DNA from: a virus
Virus record (IMG/VR): IMGVR_UViG_3300021335_000003
DNA length: 64,000 nt
Strand: one strand, 5' to 3'
The notes beneath the pieces are model-generated. The model did no database searches. It saw nothing but the letters and a program-made list of their open reading frames with translations, and was not told the origin of the DNA. A program made the translations under genes and the position numbers. Shown here in pieces: positions 41,924 to 52,910 of the stretch. Every line of letters starts with the position of its first letter. The stretch's first letter is position 1.

Positions 41924-42990
41924 TACAAAAAGTAGAATTAGAAATTACTAGTGATTGTAATGCAGCATGTCCCGGCTGTGCAAGAACACTCAATAACCAC
42001 TTACTGCAAATAAACAGTTTTACATTGCAAGATTTACAAGATATATTTCCTGATGATGATTACAGTAGTGTTGAATTTAAATTTTGCGGTGTTTTAGGAG
42101 ATCCAATTGTTAATCCTGATTGTTTTGAAATGACAAAATATCTATTAGAACGTGGAGCCTACTGTGAATACAGCACTAATGGAGGATATAATACAGAGCA
42201 ATGGTGGAAAAATTTAGGACAACTTGCTAGCCAATACATGGGAAAATTACATGTACATTTCTGTGTAGATGGACATAAAGAAACTAATCATATATACCGT
42301 ATTAACACAAAATGGAATGTTGTTGAACGAAACATGATTGCTTTTTCTGAAACTGCACCTCAACAACATGCTACTTGGGTTTTTATTGAATTTGATCATA
42401 ACGAAAAAGATCTTGTTACTGCTAGAGCACACGCTTCAGTTTTAGGTTTTGATTTTGCAACTAGAACAGGTATGAGAAATAGTTATCACCGATGGGTATC
42501 TCAAACAGGAAAGAAAAATCAAAAACAAACAAAAGTAATCACTACTACTGGAAACAAAGAACATAAGCAAAAAGATGTTGCTAAAGAATTAGATAAATTT
42601 ATTTTAGAATATAAAACTAAAAAAAGACAAACAGATCAAAATAAAGTACAAGATATTATTTCTAGTATAACTTGTAAGTTTATACATGAACAAGAAATTT
42701 TTATTGCAAATGATTTAACTGTTTGGCCTTGTTGTTTTTTATGGGATAGTGTTTTTAAAAATTCTGAAAAAATTGTAGATAAATTAAACTATTTTGACAA
42801 TGGATGGAACAATTTAAAAAAACATAGATTAGATGACATTTTAAATCATGAATGGTATAAAAAACTTCTAGAAGCTAGTTGGACACCTGGGCATCCTTTG
42901 CATCTTTCTAGATGTATAAAGACCTGTGCTAAAAATAAAGCCTATCATAACGAACTTTATTATATAGAAACAAATGAAATACGCAAATAA
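41920..42990 (+). CDS. Radical SAM enzyme with C-terminal Twitch/SPASM-like domain (paralog)
   Basis: CNAACPGC, CGVLGDP and FCVDG; C-terminal C...WPCC...CIKTC. Confidence 0.9.
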   Translation: MIQKVELEITSDCNAACPGCARTLNNHLLQINSFTLQDLQDIFPDDDYSSVEFKFCGVLGDPIVNPDCFEMTKYLLERGAYCEYSTNGGYNTEQWWKNLGQLASQYMGKLHVHFCVDGHKETNHIYRINTKWNVVERNMIAFSETAPQQHATWVFIEFDHNEKDLVTARAHASVLGFDFATRTGMRNSYHRWVSQTGKKNQKQTKVITTTGNKEHKQKDVAKELDKFILEYKTKKRQTDQNKVQDIISSITCKFIHEQEIFIANDLTVWPCCFLWDSVFKNSEKIVDKLNYFDNGWNNLKKHRLDDILNHEWYKKLLEASWTPGHPLHLSRCIKTCAKNKAYHNELYYIETNEIRK

Positions 42991-43032
42991 TCATATGACA
43001 AATAACTACGTATATAATAAGGTAAGTATAAT

Positions 43033-43773
43033 ATGGACGTTAAAATTGGAATAATAGGTAGTAGTAACAGTAAAGGTAAAAATCACGTAGGATATGGTGA
43101 GACTAGTGATGATATGGCCGATGTGTGCAAACATTTTATGCCTGATTATAAATTTATTAATTGTGCCTATCAAGGATTTGGCAGTGAAAGATTTTTACAA
43201 TATACAGTGTATTTGAAAGAAACATACAATATTACACACTTGTTGATTGAAAATGTTGAAAATAGAACTTTTAAAAGTTTTCATAAAAATTGGCAATGGT
43301 TTGAAAAAATGGAAAAAGAAATTGACGAAACTCCATCAAGTATGAAAGATTATTATCTAAGATTTATGAAAAATTATGATGTTTATTATACTCCTTGGTT
43401 TAACGAAGCAAATTGGAAAAAATCAATCTTAAAAGAAGTTCCAGCAAAACAAGCAAAATCTTGGCATGATATAAATCTAATGTTAGTAAGAGCTAAACAA
43501 TTTTATATGCAAGGATTAATAGATGTTCAGTCTGTGAAAATACTGTGTAAACATTTAAAAATACGTCCAATAGTTTGGGTTTTTGATCCACGCCCAGGAA
43601 GAGTTGGAGATCATCCTACTATACCTAGTGCCTTGGAATATTTTAGAGATATAAAAGGTAACAAAAAAAGAGAACATATTGGACCAGACGGCGGGCATCT
43701 TTCTAAAGAAGCACAATATGAAATAGTTGAGATGTATATAAAACCTATGATAGAAAAGGCAGTAAATGGCTAA
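43033..43773 (+). CDS. SGNH/GDSL-like hydrolase or acyltransferase
   Basis: N-terminal IIGSSNS, 'NCAYQGFG' block-II-like segment and C-terminal DGGH. Confidence 0.55.
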   Translation: MDVKIGIIGSSNSKGKNHVGYGETSDDMADVCKHFMPDYKFINCAYQGFGSERFLQYTVYLKETYNITHLLIENVENRTFKSFHKNWQWFEKMEKEIDETPSSMKDYYLRFMKNYDVYYTPWFNEANWKKSILKEVPAKQAKSWHDINLMLVRAKQFYMQGLIDVQSVKILCKHLKIRPIVWVFDPRPGRVGDHPTIPSALEYFRDIKGNKKREHIGPDGGHLSKEAQYEIVEMYIKPMIEKAVNG

Positions 43774-45166
43774 AGTAAGTGATACATTCTGCATCCTTCC
43801 ATGGGTGCATTTAAGCACAAGACCAGATGGTAGTATGAGGGTTTGTTGTACAGCAAACGCATCAAGTGTTGGCCCTACCAATGATAAAGAGCATGGTGGC
43901 CAGGTTGGCATATTAAAAACTGATGACGGAAAACCAAATAATTTGAATGTCACTGATTTTCAAACTGCATGGAATAGTCAGTATATGAAAAATGTGCGTA
44001 AGCAAATGATGAACGGCGAAAAGCCACCTAGTTGTTTAAAGTGTTACAAAGAAGAAGCAGCTGGACACAACTCAAAGCGTATGTGGGAAACAGCATATTG
44101 GAGTCAGCGTACTAATGTAGATGAACTTATTGCAAATACAACAGAAGACGGTGAAGTACCACCACAACTAGCATATATTGATTTGCGTTTTGGTACAAAA
44201 TGCCAATTAGCATGTGTTATGTGTTCGCCACACGATAGTTCAGGTTGGATCAAAGACTACAAAAAGATCTTTCCAGAAGTAAAAAATGAATCATTAAAGG
44301 AAACAATGCAATGGCAAGACAAAGGCAGCACAAACGGTAGCAGTTATAATTGGCATAAACAAAACCCTGTGTTTTGGCAGCAGTTTTACGAACAAATGCC
44401 TAACATGCAACAAATTTATTTTGCAGGTGGCGAAAGTCTTATTATCGAAGAACATTATGAAATACTTGAAGAAGCAATACGTCAAGGTATAGCAAAAGAT
44501 TTGGAACTGCGTTATAACTCAAATGGTGTAGAGTGGCGTGAAGACTTATTTGATTTATGGAAAGAATTTAAACTTGTAAGATTCCATTACAGTGTAGATA
44601 GCATACACGAAATGAATGATTATATACGTTATCCTAGTAAATGGAAACGCACCGAAGAAGTTTTTCATATACTAGATAAAGAAACCAGTAATAATGTAGA
44701 AGTAACAATTGCTTGTGCAGTACAGGCATTAAACATTTATTATTTGCCAGACTTTATAAAATGGAAACTAACACAAAACTTTAATAAAATCAATATGTGG
44801 CCATTTGGTGCAGGAGGCATTAATTATCACTTTGTGTATCATCCGCCACACCTCAATGTAAAAGTATTACCAGACTGGTTCAAAGCAGAAGTACGTAAGA
44901 AATATGAAGAATTTTATCCTTGGTGGGAAGAAAACTGGGAACTAGGGGTACCTGTTTGGCATAAAGGCAAAATTACAAAAGAAATGTTTGATAACGCACC
45001 TTACGGTTTAAAACGTTTAGAAGGTATGTTAAGTTTTATGGAAAGCGAAGACTGGAGCAGACGTTTGCCCGAGATGCAAGAGTTTTTACAAAGATGCGAT
45101 TCTCAACGTGGTAATAGTTTTGCAGAGGTATTTCCTGAGATGAAGGACATATTTGATGGACGATAA
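43766..45166 (+). CDS. Radical SAM enzyme with N-terminal Twitch/SPASM-like domain
   Basis: FCILPW...RVCC...CLKC, then CQLACVMC and FAGGE. Confidence 0.9.
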   Translation: MAKVSDTFCILPWVHLSTRPDGSMRVCCTANASSVGPTNDKEHGGQVGILKTDDGKPNNLNVTDFQTAWNSQYMKNVRKQMMNGEKPPSCLKCYKEEAAGHNSKRMWETAYWSQRTNVDELIANTTEDGEVPPQLAYIDLRFGTKCQLACVMCSPHDSSGWIKDYKKIFPEVKNESLKETMQWQDKGSTNGSSYNWHKQNPVFWQQFYEQMPNMQQIYFAGGESLIIEEHYEILEEAIRQGIAKDLELRYNSNGVEWREDLFDLWKEFKLVRFHYSVDSIHEMNDYIRYPSKWKRTEEVFHILDKETSNNVEVTIACAVQALNIYYLPDFIKWKLTQNFNKINMWPFGAGGINYHFVYHPPHLNVKVLPDWFKAEVRKKYEEFYPWWEENWELGVPVWHKGKITKEMFDNAPYGLKRLEGMLSFMESEDWSRRLPEMQEFLQRCDSQRGNSFAEVFPEMKDIFDGR

Positions 45167-46004
45167 ACACTACCTTGAATATTTAGAACAAGGATATAAA
45201 AACAAGAAATTTATAGACACTTATGAATTATTGTTTAGACCATATCCTGAGATACATAGGATAAACGGATTACCTGTGCATTTTGATCCAAATGCAAAAA
45301 ACTTACTTGTAAGTTTAAGTGGTGGTGCAGATAGTAGTATCCTAACTTATATGCTTTGTGACTACATAGAAAAGAACAATTATAATAATAAAATTTATTG
45401 TATGACACTTGTACGTTTTTGGAAAGAAAAACCTTGGCTTGCTCCTATGGCAGAGGATGTGTATAATTATTTAAAGGAACGCTTTCCAAATATTATACAA
45501 GAACAAGTGTGGGGCTTTTTACCGCCAGAGTTTGAAGACGTACCTCTTACACGTTTAGGTAAAGAACATATTTTTACAAAACTACCAAGAGAAGCAAACT
45601 GTGATGTGTTATGCACATTGGATTTTCAAGAATATGTAATGCACAGATACAAAATTGATTTGATATATACTGGTATCACAATGAATCCTCCGTTTGCTAC
45701 TGAAGATGAACCTACATTCCGCAATGAAGAATATATGAAAGACAATTGGGATTGGGCTATTAGCGGCCCTGCTATCAATCCATTTGGACTATTACGCAAA
45801 AATTTTACAATGGCACAGTATCATAATTATAATCAATGGGACTTGTTAAAACTTACTAGAAGTTGCGAAGGCGATGTAAGAGAATTTGGTGAAGAATACA
45901 GACACAATAGACAATATCCACCAGAGTGCGGACACTGTTTTTTCTGCCAAGAAAAGCAATGGGGTTTGGATAATTGTAATGGCTTCTTATTGGAGAACAT
46001 ATGA
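45156..46004 (+). CDS. QueC-like PP-loop (N-type ATP pyrophosphatase) enzyme
   Basis: SLSGGADS PP-loop, 'TRSCE' and zinc-type CGHCFFC-x-E-K; ATG at 45156. Confidence 0.75.
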   Translation: MDDKHYLEYLEQGYKNKKFIDTYELLFRPYPEIHRINGLPVHFDPNAKNLLVSLSGGADSSILTYMLCDYIEKNNYNNKIYCMTLVRFWKEKPWLAPMAEDVYNYLKERFPNIIQEQVWGFLPPEFEDVPLTRLGKEHIFTKLPREANCDVLCTLDFQEYVMHRYKIDLIYTGITMNPPFATEDEPTFRNEEYMKDNWDWAISGPAINPFGLLRKNFTMAQYHNYNQWDLLKLTRSCEGDVREFGEEYRHNRQYPPECGHCFFCQEKQWGLDNCNGFLLENI

Positions 46005-47329
46005 GCTTACCTTGTTATTACTCAATAGGTGGATTAAACTTTAAAAACGGCTTTGTAACAAGTTGTCCGCAGCAGCACGAAAAAATGCAAATACTAGATG
46101 ATGCTTGGCTACCCAGCGATTTTTACAACAACGAACTATTCCGCAAACACAGATTAGAAATGATGCGTGGTGAATGGAGTTTTGGTTGCGATATGTGCGA
46201 GCATGTAGAACGTGACCGTAGCGGTACAAGTATGCGCCAAGAACAGGAAGCAGATCTTACACATTACAATCCAAAAACTGGAGAAGTAGATTTTGCAGGA
46301 CTTAAAACTGTAGAAATACGTTTTAGTCATAGTTGTAATATGGCTTGTCTGCATTGTAGTCAAGTGTTTAGTAGTGGTTGGATGAAGAAACTCAAAGAAT
46401 ATACACCAGACGACGAAGATCACAAACACCAATTACATCAACTTACAGGACGTATGCACAGATCATCTGTTGATGATGATTTTACAATGCAGATTAGTAC
46501 TAAACGTGCATTAGAAATTGCAGAAGATTTAAACAAAAACTTTCCTAACTTAGAACGCATTGATTTTGCAGGCGGCGAAGTATTGTATCAAAAACAGTTT
46601 TTGCCTACTCTAGAAAAATTAAGCGAACATCCAAATGCAGAAAACATAAAAATTATATTCCATAGTAACTTTAATGCAGATTTTGATCCAGAGGCCTTAA
46701 GTTTTCTCTTGAAAAAATTTGGATATTGTAATATAATGATAAGTGTAGATGCAGGTCCTAAGTTGTATCCATACTTTAGACAAGGAGATTGGAATAAACT
46801 CAAAGAAAACATTGAAAAATTCAAAGCAGTTGATAACAAGCACAGTCACATCAATTTGGTATGTACAACTAGTGTTTACCAGCTAATGGAATTCGAAGAT
46901 GTAATGCGTGGTTTTATATCATTAGAATGTGATTATATCAATTGTAGTATTGTTTATACACCTGCTTATTTAAATCCTAGTGTAATGATGTTAAAATACA
47001 GAGGCCCTACACTAAATGAAATTGAAAACGCAAGGAATGCTGTAATTAAATTAGATAAAGAACGCAGAAGAAATATACTCACAACCAAAAATATGTATAA
47101 TTATGTTTGGGATGACGAAATTAAATATGGATGGTGGACTGATATTACCAGTGCATTACAGGCTATTGAACAAGTGCGTGAATATGTTTTAAAACATCAG
47201 TCTAGTAATAAGGATTATGAAGCATTGCTAAGGTATATTCCAAAAAGTGATATGATTTGGAAGCAAAATTTTAACGATCATATAACCAAATTCAAATTTG
47301 AAAATGGAGAATTACATTATAATGTATGA
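46001..47329 (+). CDS. Radical SAM enzyme with N-terminal Twitch/SPASM-like domain
   Basis: PCYY...SCP...CDMC, then CNMACLHC and FAGGE. Confidence 0.9.
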   Translation: MSLPCYYSIGGLNFKNGFVTSCPQQHEKMQILDDAWLPSDFYNNELFRKHRLEMMRGEWSFGCDMCEHVERDRSGTSMRQEQEADLTHYNPKTGEVDFAGLKTVEIRFSHSCNMACLHCSQVFSSGWMKKLKEYTPDDEDHKHQLHQLTGRMHRSSVDDDFTMQISTKRALEIAEDLNKNFPNLERIDFAGGEVLYQKQFLPTLEKLSEHPNAENIKIIFHSNFNADFDPEALSFLLKKFGYCNIMISVDAGPKLYPYFRQGDWNKLKENIEKFKAVDNKHSHINLVCTTSVYQLMEFEDVMRGFISLECDYINCSIVYTPAYLNPSVMMLKYRGPTLNEIENARNAVIKLDKERRRNILTTKNMYNYVWDDEIKYGWWTDITSALQAIEQVREYVLKHQSSNKDYEALLRYIPKSDMIWKQNFNDHITKFKFENGELHYNV

Positions 47330-48152
47330 AGTTAATAACAGCTACTATAAAAACATTGCTGATGATGTAATATTACATACTGTATCTCATCTTACAATTC
47401 CATTTGATCAAAAATGGAAAAAAATTGCTGTAAATTTAAGTGGAGGTGCTGATAGCGCATTACTAACATATATATTGTGTAAAATTATAAAAGAAAATAA
47501 ATTAGATACTGTAGTAGATATAATTACATATCAAAGGTGTTGGGAAACAAGACCGTGGCAAGGCTATATTAGTAAAAAAGTTTATCATTGGCTTAAACTT
47601 GAATTTCCAAAAATTATAGGAGAACGTTTAACAACTTATATTCCTCCAGAAATTGAACACGGTGTAATAGGTAATATTGTAAATGACAGAAGTGGCGATC
47701 AAATCATTGTAGGTAGTTTTAACAAATTTGCTGCTTGGGAATATAATTTAGATGCTGTATATAATGCTACAAGTAAAAATCCTGATGATTTACGTGAAGA
47801 TCGTATGACCAACAGAGATAAAGATGCCGAAGATGGAAATTTAATGGATTTATGGATGCCTAGTAAAAAAGTAAATGCTACTTTTGTACATCCGTTTAGA
47901 TTTGTAAAAAAAGATTGGATTGTTGCCCAGTATCATATATTGAATATTTTAGATTTATATAATACTACACGTAGTTGTGAAGGTGATATAAATCATCACG
48001 ATATTGTAAAAAGTGCATGTCCTAGCTTTGATAATTATTTTCCTGGTATGCATGTTCCAGAATGTAAGCAGTGTTGGTGGTGTGAAGAAAGAAAATGGGC
48101 AGAAACTAGAGTTAAAAAAACAATAGAGGAAATAAATGATTATAACAGGTAA
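47322..48152 (+). CDS. QueC-like PP-loop enzyme (paralog of 45156-46004)
   Basis: NLSGGADS, 'TRSCEG' and CKQCWWCEER; probable ATG at 47322. Confidence 0.75.
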   Translation: MYEVNNSYYKNIADDVILHTVSHLTIPFDQKWKKIAVNLSGGADSALLTYILCKIIKENKLDTVVDIITYQRCWETRPWQGYISKKVYHWLKLEFPKIIGERLTTYIPPEIEHGVIGNIVNDRSGDQIIVGSFNKFAAWEYNLDAVYNATSKNPDDLREDRMTNRDKDAEDGNLMDLWMPSKKVNATFVHPFRFVKKDWIVAQYHILNILDLYNTTRSCEGDINHHDIVKSACPSFDNYFPGMHVPECKQCWWCEERKWAETRVKKTIEEINDYNR

Positions 48153-48699
48153 CAAAGATTTTGGTGTGGCTGCTGCACTTTACAAATTGTATCCAGATGC
48201 AGAATTTATCAGCAGAGACACAGGATACGATTTTGGCAAAAAATTAGATATGGAACGTTGTGCAGAAGCAGTACTAGCACACGATGTTTTTGTTAATTGT
48301 AGTGCATTGTTTCGATTTAATCAAACTAGTCTGTTAGATATTGTTTATAAAAAATGTGTGCTAGAAAAACATAACTGTCATATTATTAATATAGGTAGCA
48401 CAACAGATAGAGTGAAAAAAGGTGGCGCTTGGCTGTATAATGCAGAAAAGAAAGCATTGCGTGATTATTCAAACACACTAGGATTAACAGGCGTATGGGC
48501 AAGCGGACCTAAAATCAGTTATATCAGTTTTGGTACCTTGGATAATAACCAACACAAACACCCTGATAGAAAATGTATGAATATAGATGTAGCTGCAAGC
48601 TACATTAAATGGATTGTTGATCAACCTAAAAATCTTAATATAAATGAAATAAGTATTGATCCTATGCAACCGGAAATGTGGCATGAAGAAGATACCTAA
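48136..48699 (+). CDS. Short-chain dehydrogenase/reductase (compact)
   Basis: IITG...G, 'DVFVN', 'INIGS' and catalytic YNAEK (YxxxK). Confidence 0.75.
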   Translation: MIITGNKDFGVAAALYKLYPDAEFISRDTGYDFGKKLDMERCAEAVLAHDVFVNCSALFRFNQTSLLDIVYKKCVLEKHNCHIINIGSTTDRVKKGGAWLYNAEKKALRDYSNTLGLTGVWASGPKISYISFGTLDNNQHKHPDRKCMNIDVAASYIKWIVDQPKNLNINEISIDPMQPEMWHEEDT

Positions 48700-49828
48700 A
48701 CATGCATGTGTAATGCCATTCCATCATATGGCAATGCGTCCAGATGGACAGATATTTCCTTGCTGTATATTTAGACAGGAAGAAGTGCCTGATGATTTGA
48801 ATGTAGCACACCCTGATCCATTTAATCACGAATATATGAATTGGTTAAGACAAAAAATGCTCAATGATGAGTATGTGCATGGTTGTAAAAAGTGTTATGA
48901 AGATGAAAAACACAGTGCTAGAAGTATGCGAACTGATCTAATATCTCCATGGGGAGGAGATTTTGGATTACCGAGTGAAGAAGAAGGGCTAGGGCGTGTA
49001 AAGAAACTTACAAATATTGATTTAGCATTATCTAATGTGTGTAATAACAAGTGTAGAATGTGTATGCCTCAATTAAGCACACACTGGTACAGTGATGCTA
49101 AAAAACTAGGTATGGAAATACCCAAAGGTGTTATCACTAACAATACAATTGTTGATTCATATGACTTGAGTGACTTGCGTTTTATCAAAGTATTAGGCGG
49201 TGAACCTATGATGGAGCAAGCAAAACTCAAAAAAGTGCTGAATAAATGCACACTTGAAAATATAACAATATTACTAGTCACAAATGTTAGTATATTGCCT
49301 GATGACGAATTATTGGATTTGCTAAAACAATGTAAAAATGTTAATATTGATTTAAGTATTGATAGTTATGGTAAATTAAATGAATTTTTACGTAAAGACA
49401 GCAACTGGCAAAATGTATATAACAATATTCAATGGTATAAAGAACATTTTGATAATATAAATGTACATAGTGCTATTAGTGCTTACAACGTAAATAAATT
49501 ACACGAAATAATTAACTTTTGTGTTGAACAAAAACTGTATCATGAATGTGTAGTAGTGGACGGCCCTCAGTGGATGCAACCAAGAAATCTTCCTAATGAA
49601 ATAAAATCTTGGCTATTAGATTATTTAGAAGACTTGGAAAATAATACAACTGTAATTTATAAAAAAATTATTAATTTATTAAAAAATGAAATGAAAACAG
49701 ATGGCGATTTTGGATTATTTGTCCGTAACGATGCACAATTTAATAAAATAAGGAATGAACATTGGATGGATAAAAACGAAGAATTATGGAACAGGATTGA
49801 AAAACTTATTACACCGGAGTTATTTTAA
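48683..49828 (+). CDS. Radical SAM enzyme with N-terminal Twitch/SPASM-like domain
   Basis: ACVMPF...PCC...CKKC, then CNNKCRMC and LGGEP; probable ATG at 48683. Confidence 0.9.
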   Translation: MKKIPKHACVMPFHHMAMRPDGQIFPCCIFRQEEVPDDLNVAHPDPFNHEYMNWLRQKMLNDEYVHGCKKCYEDEKHSARSMRTDLISPWGGDFGLPSEEEGLGRVKKLTNIDLALSNVCNNKCRMCMPQLSTHWYSDAKKLGMEIPKGVITNNTIVDSYDLSDLRFIKVLGGEPMMEQAKLKKVLNKCTLENITILLVTNVSILPDDELLDLLKQCKNVNIDLSIDSYGKLNEFLRKDSNWQNVYNNIQWYKEHFDNINVHSAISAYNVNKLHEIINFCVEQKLYHECVVVDGPQWMQPRNLPNEIKSWLLDYLEDLENNTTVIYKKIINLLKNEMKTDGDFGLFVRNDAQFNKIRNEHWMDKNEELWNRIEKLITPELF

Positions 49829-51141
49829 TGACAGAAACATTTTGTCCTATACCTTGGATATTTCAAGCAGCTAGATCAAATGGTGATATAAGAATTTGTT
49901 GTCAAGCTAACATTACAAAAAATCAAGGTGTTATACGTAAGGAAGATGGTAGTGCATATAATGTAGGTATTGACGATCTAAATGAGTCTCGTAACGCTGA
50001 CCTTATGAAAAATGTTAGACTTAATATGTTAAATGGTATATGGAGCGACGAATGTGGACGTTGTAAAAACGAAGAACTCAATGGATTAAGCAGCAGGCGA
50101 AAATACGAAGAAAAAAATTGGCCTAATTTTACATTTGATAAAGCTAAAAGTATAACAAATGCAGATGGCAGTATTGATACCAACAAAAATCCTGTTCAAT
50201 ATTATGATTTACGTTTTGGAAATTTTTGTAATTTAAAATGTCGTATGTGTGGTCCAACTGATAGTGACACGTGGTATGAAGATTGGGAAAAACTTACAGG
50301 AAAAACAACTTATAAAGAAACTAGCGGTGAAGTACAAATATATCGTAAAGGAAACAAACTTGTTTCTGATGCATACAATTGGGTACATAACGACAGTTTT
50401 TGGAAACAATTATATAATAATGTGCAAAATATAGAACATGTATATTTTGCAGGTGGAGAACCTATGCTTATAGATAGGCATTACGATTTTTTACAACATT
50501 GCATTGATACCGACAGCGCAAAAAATATCATAGTCGAATATAATACAAATATGAGCACATTGCCTCCGAGAGTAATTGATATGTGGAAGCAGTTTAAACA
50601 AGTTAGAGTAGGTGCTAGTATAGATGGAATGGGTAAAGTATTGGAATATCAACGTAATCCTGCCAAATGGAGTAAGTTACTAAAAAATTTATATACATTA
50701 GATGCATCATCGCCAAATATTGTTGCTTGGTTAGCATTTACAGTGACAGCATACAATGTGAATCATATGGTATATTTTATGAAATGGAAACTTATGGAGA
50801 GCGGTTTTAAAAAACTTAACTGTTTTAAAGGCAAACCTATTATCACTTTCCACATGGCACATCATCCTAAACACTTAAATATCCGTGTGCTACCAGATGA
50901 ACTAAAAAACAAGGTAACAGAAAATTTTGATAGATTTGTTGATTGGATTGAAACTTCTGATTTTCCTGAAAACACTAAAAATAAAGCTAAAGACATACGC
51001 AATAGCATAGTAAGTTATATGACAAGCGAAAGCTATTATAAAGAGTATTGGGATTATTTTAAGCAATATACCAATACTTTAGACAAAATTAGAGCTGAAA
51101 GTTTAATTGATGTAGAACCTATATTTAAGGATTATATTTAA
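49828..51141 (+). CDS. Radical SAM enzyme with N-terminal Twitch/SPASM-like domain
   Basis: FCPIPW...RICC...CGRC, then CNLKCRMC and FAGGEP; closest in motifs to 43766-45166. Confidence 0.9.
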   Translation: MTETFCPIPWIFQAARSNGDIRICCQANITKNQGVIRKEDGSAYNVGIDDLNESRNADLMKNVRLNMLNGIWSDECGRCKNEELNGLSSRRKYEEKNWPNFTFDKAKSITNADGSIDTNKNPVQYYDLRFGNFCNLKCRMCGPTDSDTWYEDWEKLTGKTTYKETSGEVQIYRKGNKLVSDAYNWVHNDSFWKQLYNNVQNIEHVYFAGGEPMLIDRHYDFLQHCIDTDSAKNIIVEYNTNMSTLPPRVIDMWKQFKQVRVGASIDGMGKVLEYQRNPAKWSKLLKNLYTLDASSPNIVAWLAFTVTAYNVNHMVYFMKWKLMESGFKKLNCFKGKPIITFHMAHHPKHLNIRVLPDELKNKVTENFDRFVDWIETSDFPENTKNKAKDIRNSIVSYMTSESYYKEYWDYFKQYTNTLDKIRAESLIDVEPIFKDYI

Positions 51142-52277
51142 TGAGTTTTGATACAGTTGATTTATTAACAGGCAAAGTTTTCCAAGTTACTTGGGACTTA
51201 GGAAGACGTTGTAATTATGATTGTAGTTATTGTCCTGCACATAGGCACGATAACTTTAGTCCTCACGCTAGTTTAGATGAACTTAAAAGTGCTGTAGATT
51301 TTTTATTTGAATATATTGACACCTATATGGAAAAACGTAGCTATAAACACACAAGTATTAGTTTTACAGGTGGAGAACCGACAGTCAATCCAAATTTTAT
51401 TCCTTTTGTAAAATATTTAAAAGAAGAATACGAAGCCAAGTATAAAGATAAATGGGCTTGTGGTTTTGCTCTTACAAGTAATGGTGCAATGAGCGCAAAA
51501 ATGGCTGATGCAGTAATGGAAAATTTAGGACACATTACAGTTAGCTATCACGCAGAAAGTGATAACAAACTTAAACAACAAGTACGTGATAGAATAAAAC
51601 AATTTCATGATGCAGATTTTAGTATTAGTTGTAATGTAATGTTTCATGCAGCGTATTTTGACGAATGTAAAGATTTGTGTGATTATCTACATGATTTAGG
51701 TGTGAAATATGTTCCTAGAATTATTGGCGAAGAGCCAGACAGCAAAAGTAATTTTGCACATATGTACACTGATGAACAATTAGATTATATGAAAAATTAT
51801 TGGACATATAAAAATGCAGAATTAAATGAAACAAAAGAAGAAGCTGCTGTTTTAAGTGCTGCCGGAGAAAAAACTAGTGAAAAGAAAAAACTAGGTATGA
51901 CAATTGGACGTCCTTGTTGCGGAAGTAGAGAAATGTGCTTGAGTTTGAACGGTGAAAGTCGTAAAAGCACCTTTGTTGATTTGAGAGAATTTAAAGGATG
52001 GCATTGTAGTGTAAATTATTTCTTTTTACATCTCGAACAACAAACAGATAGTGTTTATCATCATCAAACTTGCCAAGCTCGCTTTGATCAAACTCGAGGT
52101 CCTATTGGCAAAATTAGTGAAGGCGCAAAAATTTTATCAGATCTTAAAGAAAAAATGAACAACAACACTTTGCCTACAATTATATGTCCTAAACACACTT
52201 GTGGTTGTGGTTTGTGTGCACCAAAAAGCAAATACGAAGAAAATTATAACAAGGTAATGGAAAACCATATTTTATGA
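51141..52277 (+). CDS. Radical SAM enzyme with Cys-rich C-terminal domain
   Basis: WDLGRRCNYDCSYC and FTGGEP; C-terminal PCC...FKGWHC...C...CPKHTCGCGLC. Confidence 0.9.
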   Translation: MSFDTVDLLTGKVFQVTWDLGRRCNYDCSYCPAHRHDNFSPHASLDELKSAVDFLFEYIDTYMEKRSYKHTSISFTGGEPTVNPNFIPFVKYLKEEYEAKYKDKWACGFALTSNGAMSAKMADAVMENLGHITVSYHAESDNKLKQQVRDRIKQFHDADFSISCNVMFHAAYFDECKDLCDYLHDLGVKYVPRIIGEEPDSKSNFAHMYTDEQLDYMKNYWTYKNAELNETKEEAAVLSAAGEKTSEKKKLGMTIGRPCCGSREMCLSLNGESRKSTFVDLREFKGWHCSVNYFFLHLEQQTDSVYHHQTCQARFDQTRGPIGKISEGAKILSDLKEKMNNNTLPTIICPKHTCGCGLCAPKSKYEENYNKVMENHIL

Positions 52278-52906
52278 ACTTCAAAGAAATACAAAAACTA
52301 GATTCATATTTTGTTGTTTATGCATTAATTGCCGGTCATTGGAAAGGCAGAACTTGTATAGATGTTGGTTTAAATGACAGAAAGTATCTAAGTTTTTGGC
52401 AACCTATGTTTGAAAAAATTATAGGTTATGAACCAAATCCGTGGTGTAATATAGATACAAGTGAAAGTAAATATGATGATTGTGTAGTACACAAAAAAGC
52501 AATTAGTAATTATACTGGAGAAGCTATACTTTATTGTAATATGGATGATAGTGGGTATTCTACATTAGAAGATTATACTAAACTTAATTTTGGAAATAAT
52601 TGGAAAAAAATAAAACAAATAGAAGTAGAAGTTACCACATTGGACAATGAACATTACAATAAAACATCAGATATAGATTTTATAAAAATTGATATAGAAC
52701 AGCATGATAATTATGCATTGTTGGGTGCAGAAAAAATTATCAAACAATGCAGTCCTTTGGTTCATGTAGAACATTTTGATTCTTATACCCGTGATATTTT
52801 CAAAACTTTTAACTATATAAGTTTTGTACCTTATGATAAGAGATTAGGTTTATGGGGAATTCCAAAAGAAAAATCACATTTTTTTGAAAGATGGACAAAA
52901 AAATAA
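52274..52906 (+). CDS. FkbM-family SAM-dependent methyltransferase
   Basis: 'CIDVG', 'GYEPNP', 'KAIS', 'VTTLD' and 'IDFIKIDIE...L.GA..II....P...VE'. Confidence 0.8.
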   Translation: MNFKEIQKLDSYFVVYALIAGHWKGRTCIDVGLNDRKYLSFWQPMFEKIIGYEPNPWCNIDTSESKYDDCVVHKKAISNYTGEAILYCNMDDSGYSTLEDYTKLNFGNNWKKIKQIEVEVTTLDNEHYNKTSDIDFIKIDIEQHDNYALLGAEKIIKQCSPLVHVEHFDSYTRDIFKTFNYISFVPYDKRLGLWGIPKEKSHFFERWTKK

Positions 52907-52910
52907 AATT

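Noticed and set aside
45156-48152. Calling these genes queC, and the rSAMs queE, of a 7-deazaguanine DNA-modification pathway
   Set aside because: No FolE, QueD or DpdA is recognisable in the window, the rSAMs are far longer than QueE and carry extra Cys domains, and the two ATPases are divergent duplicates.
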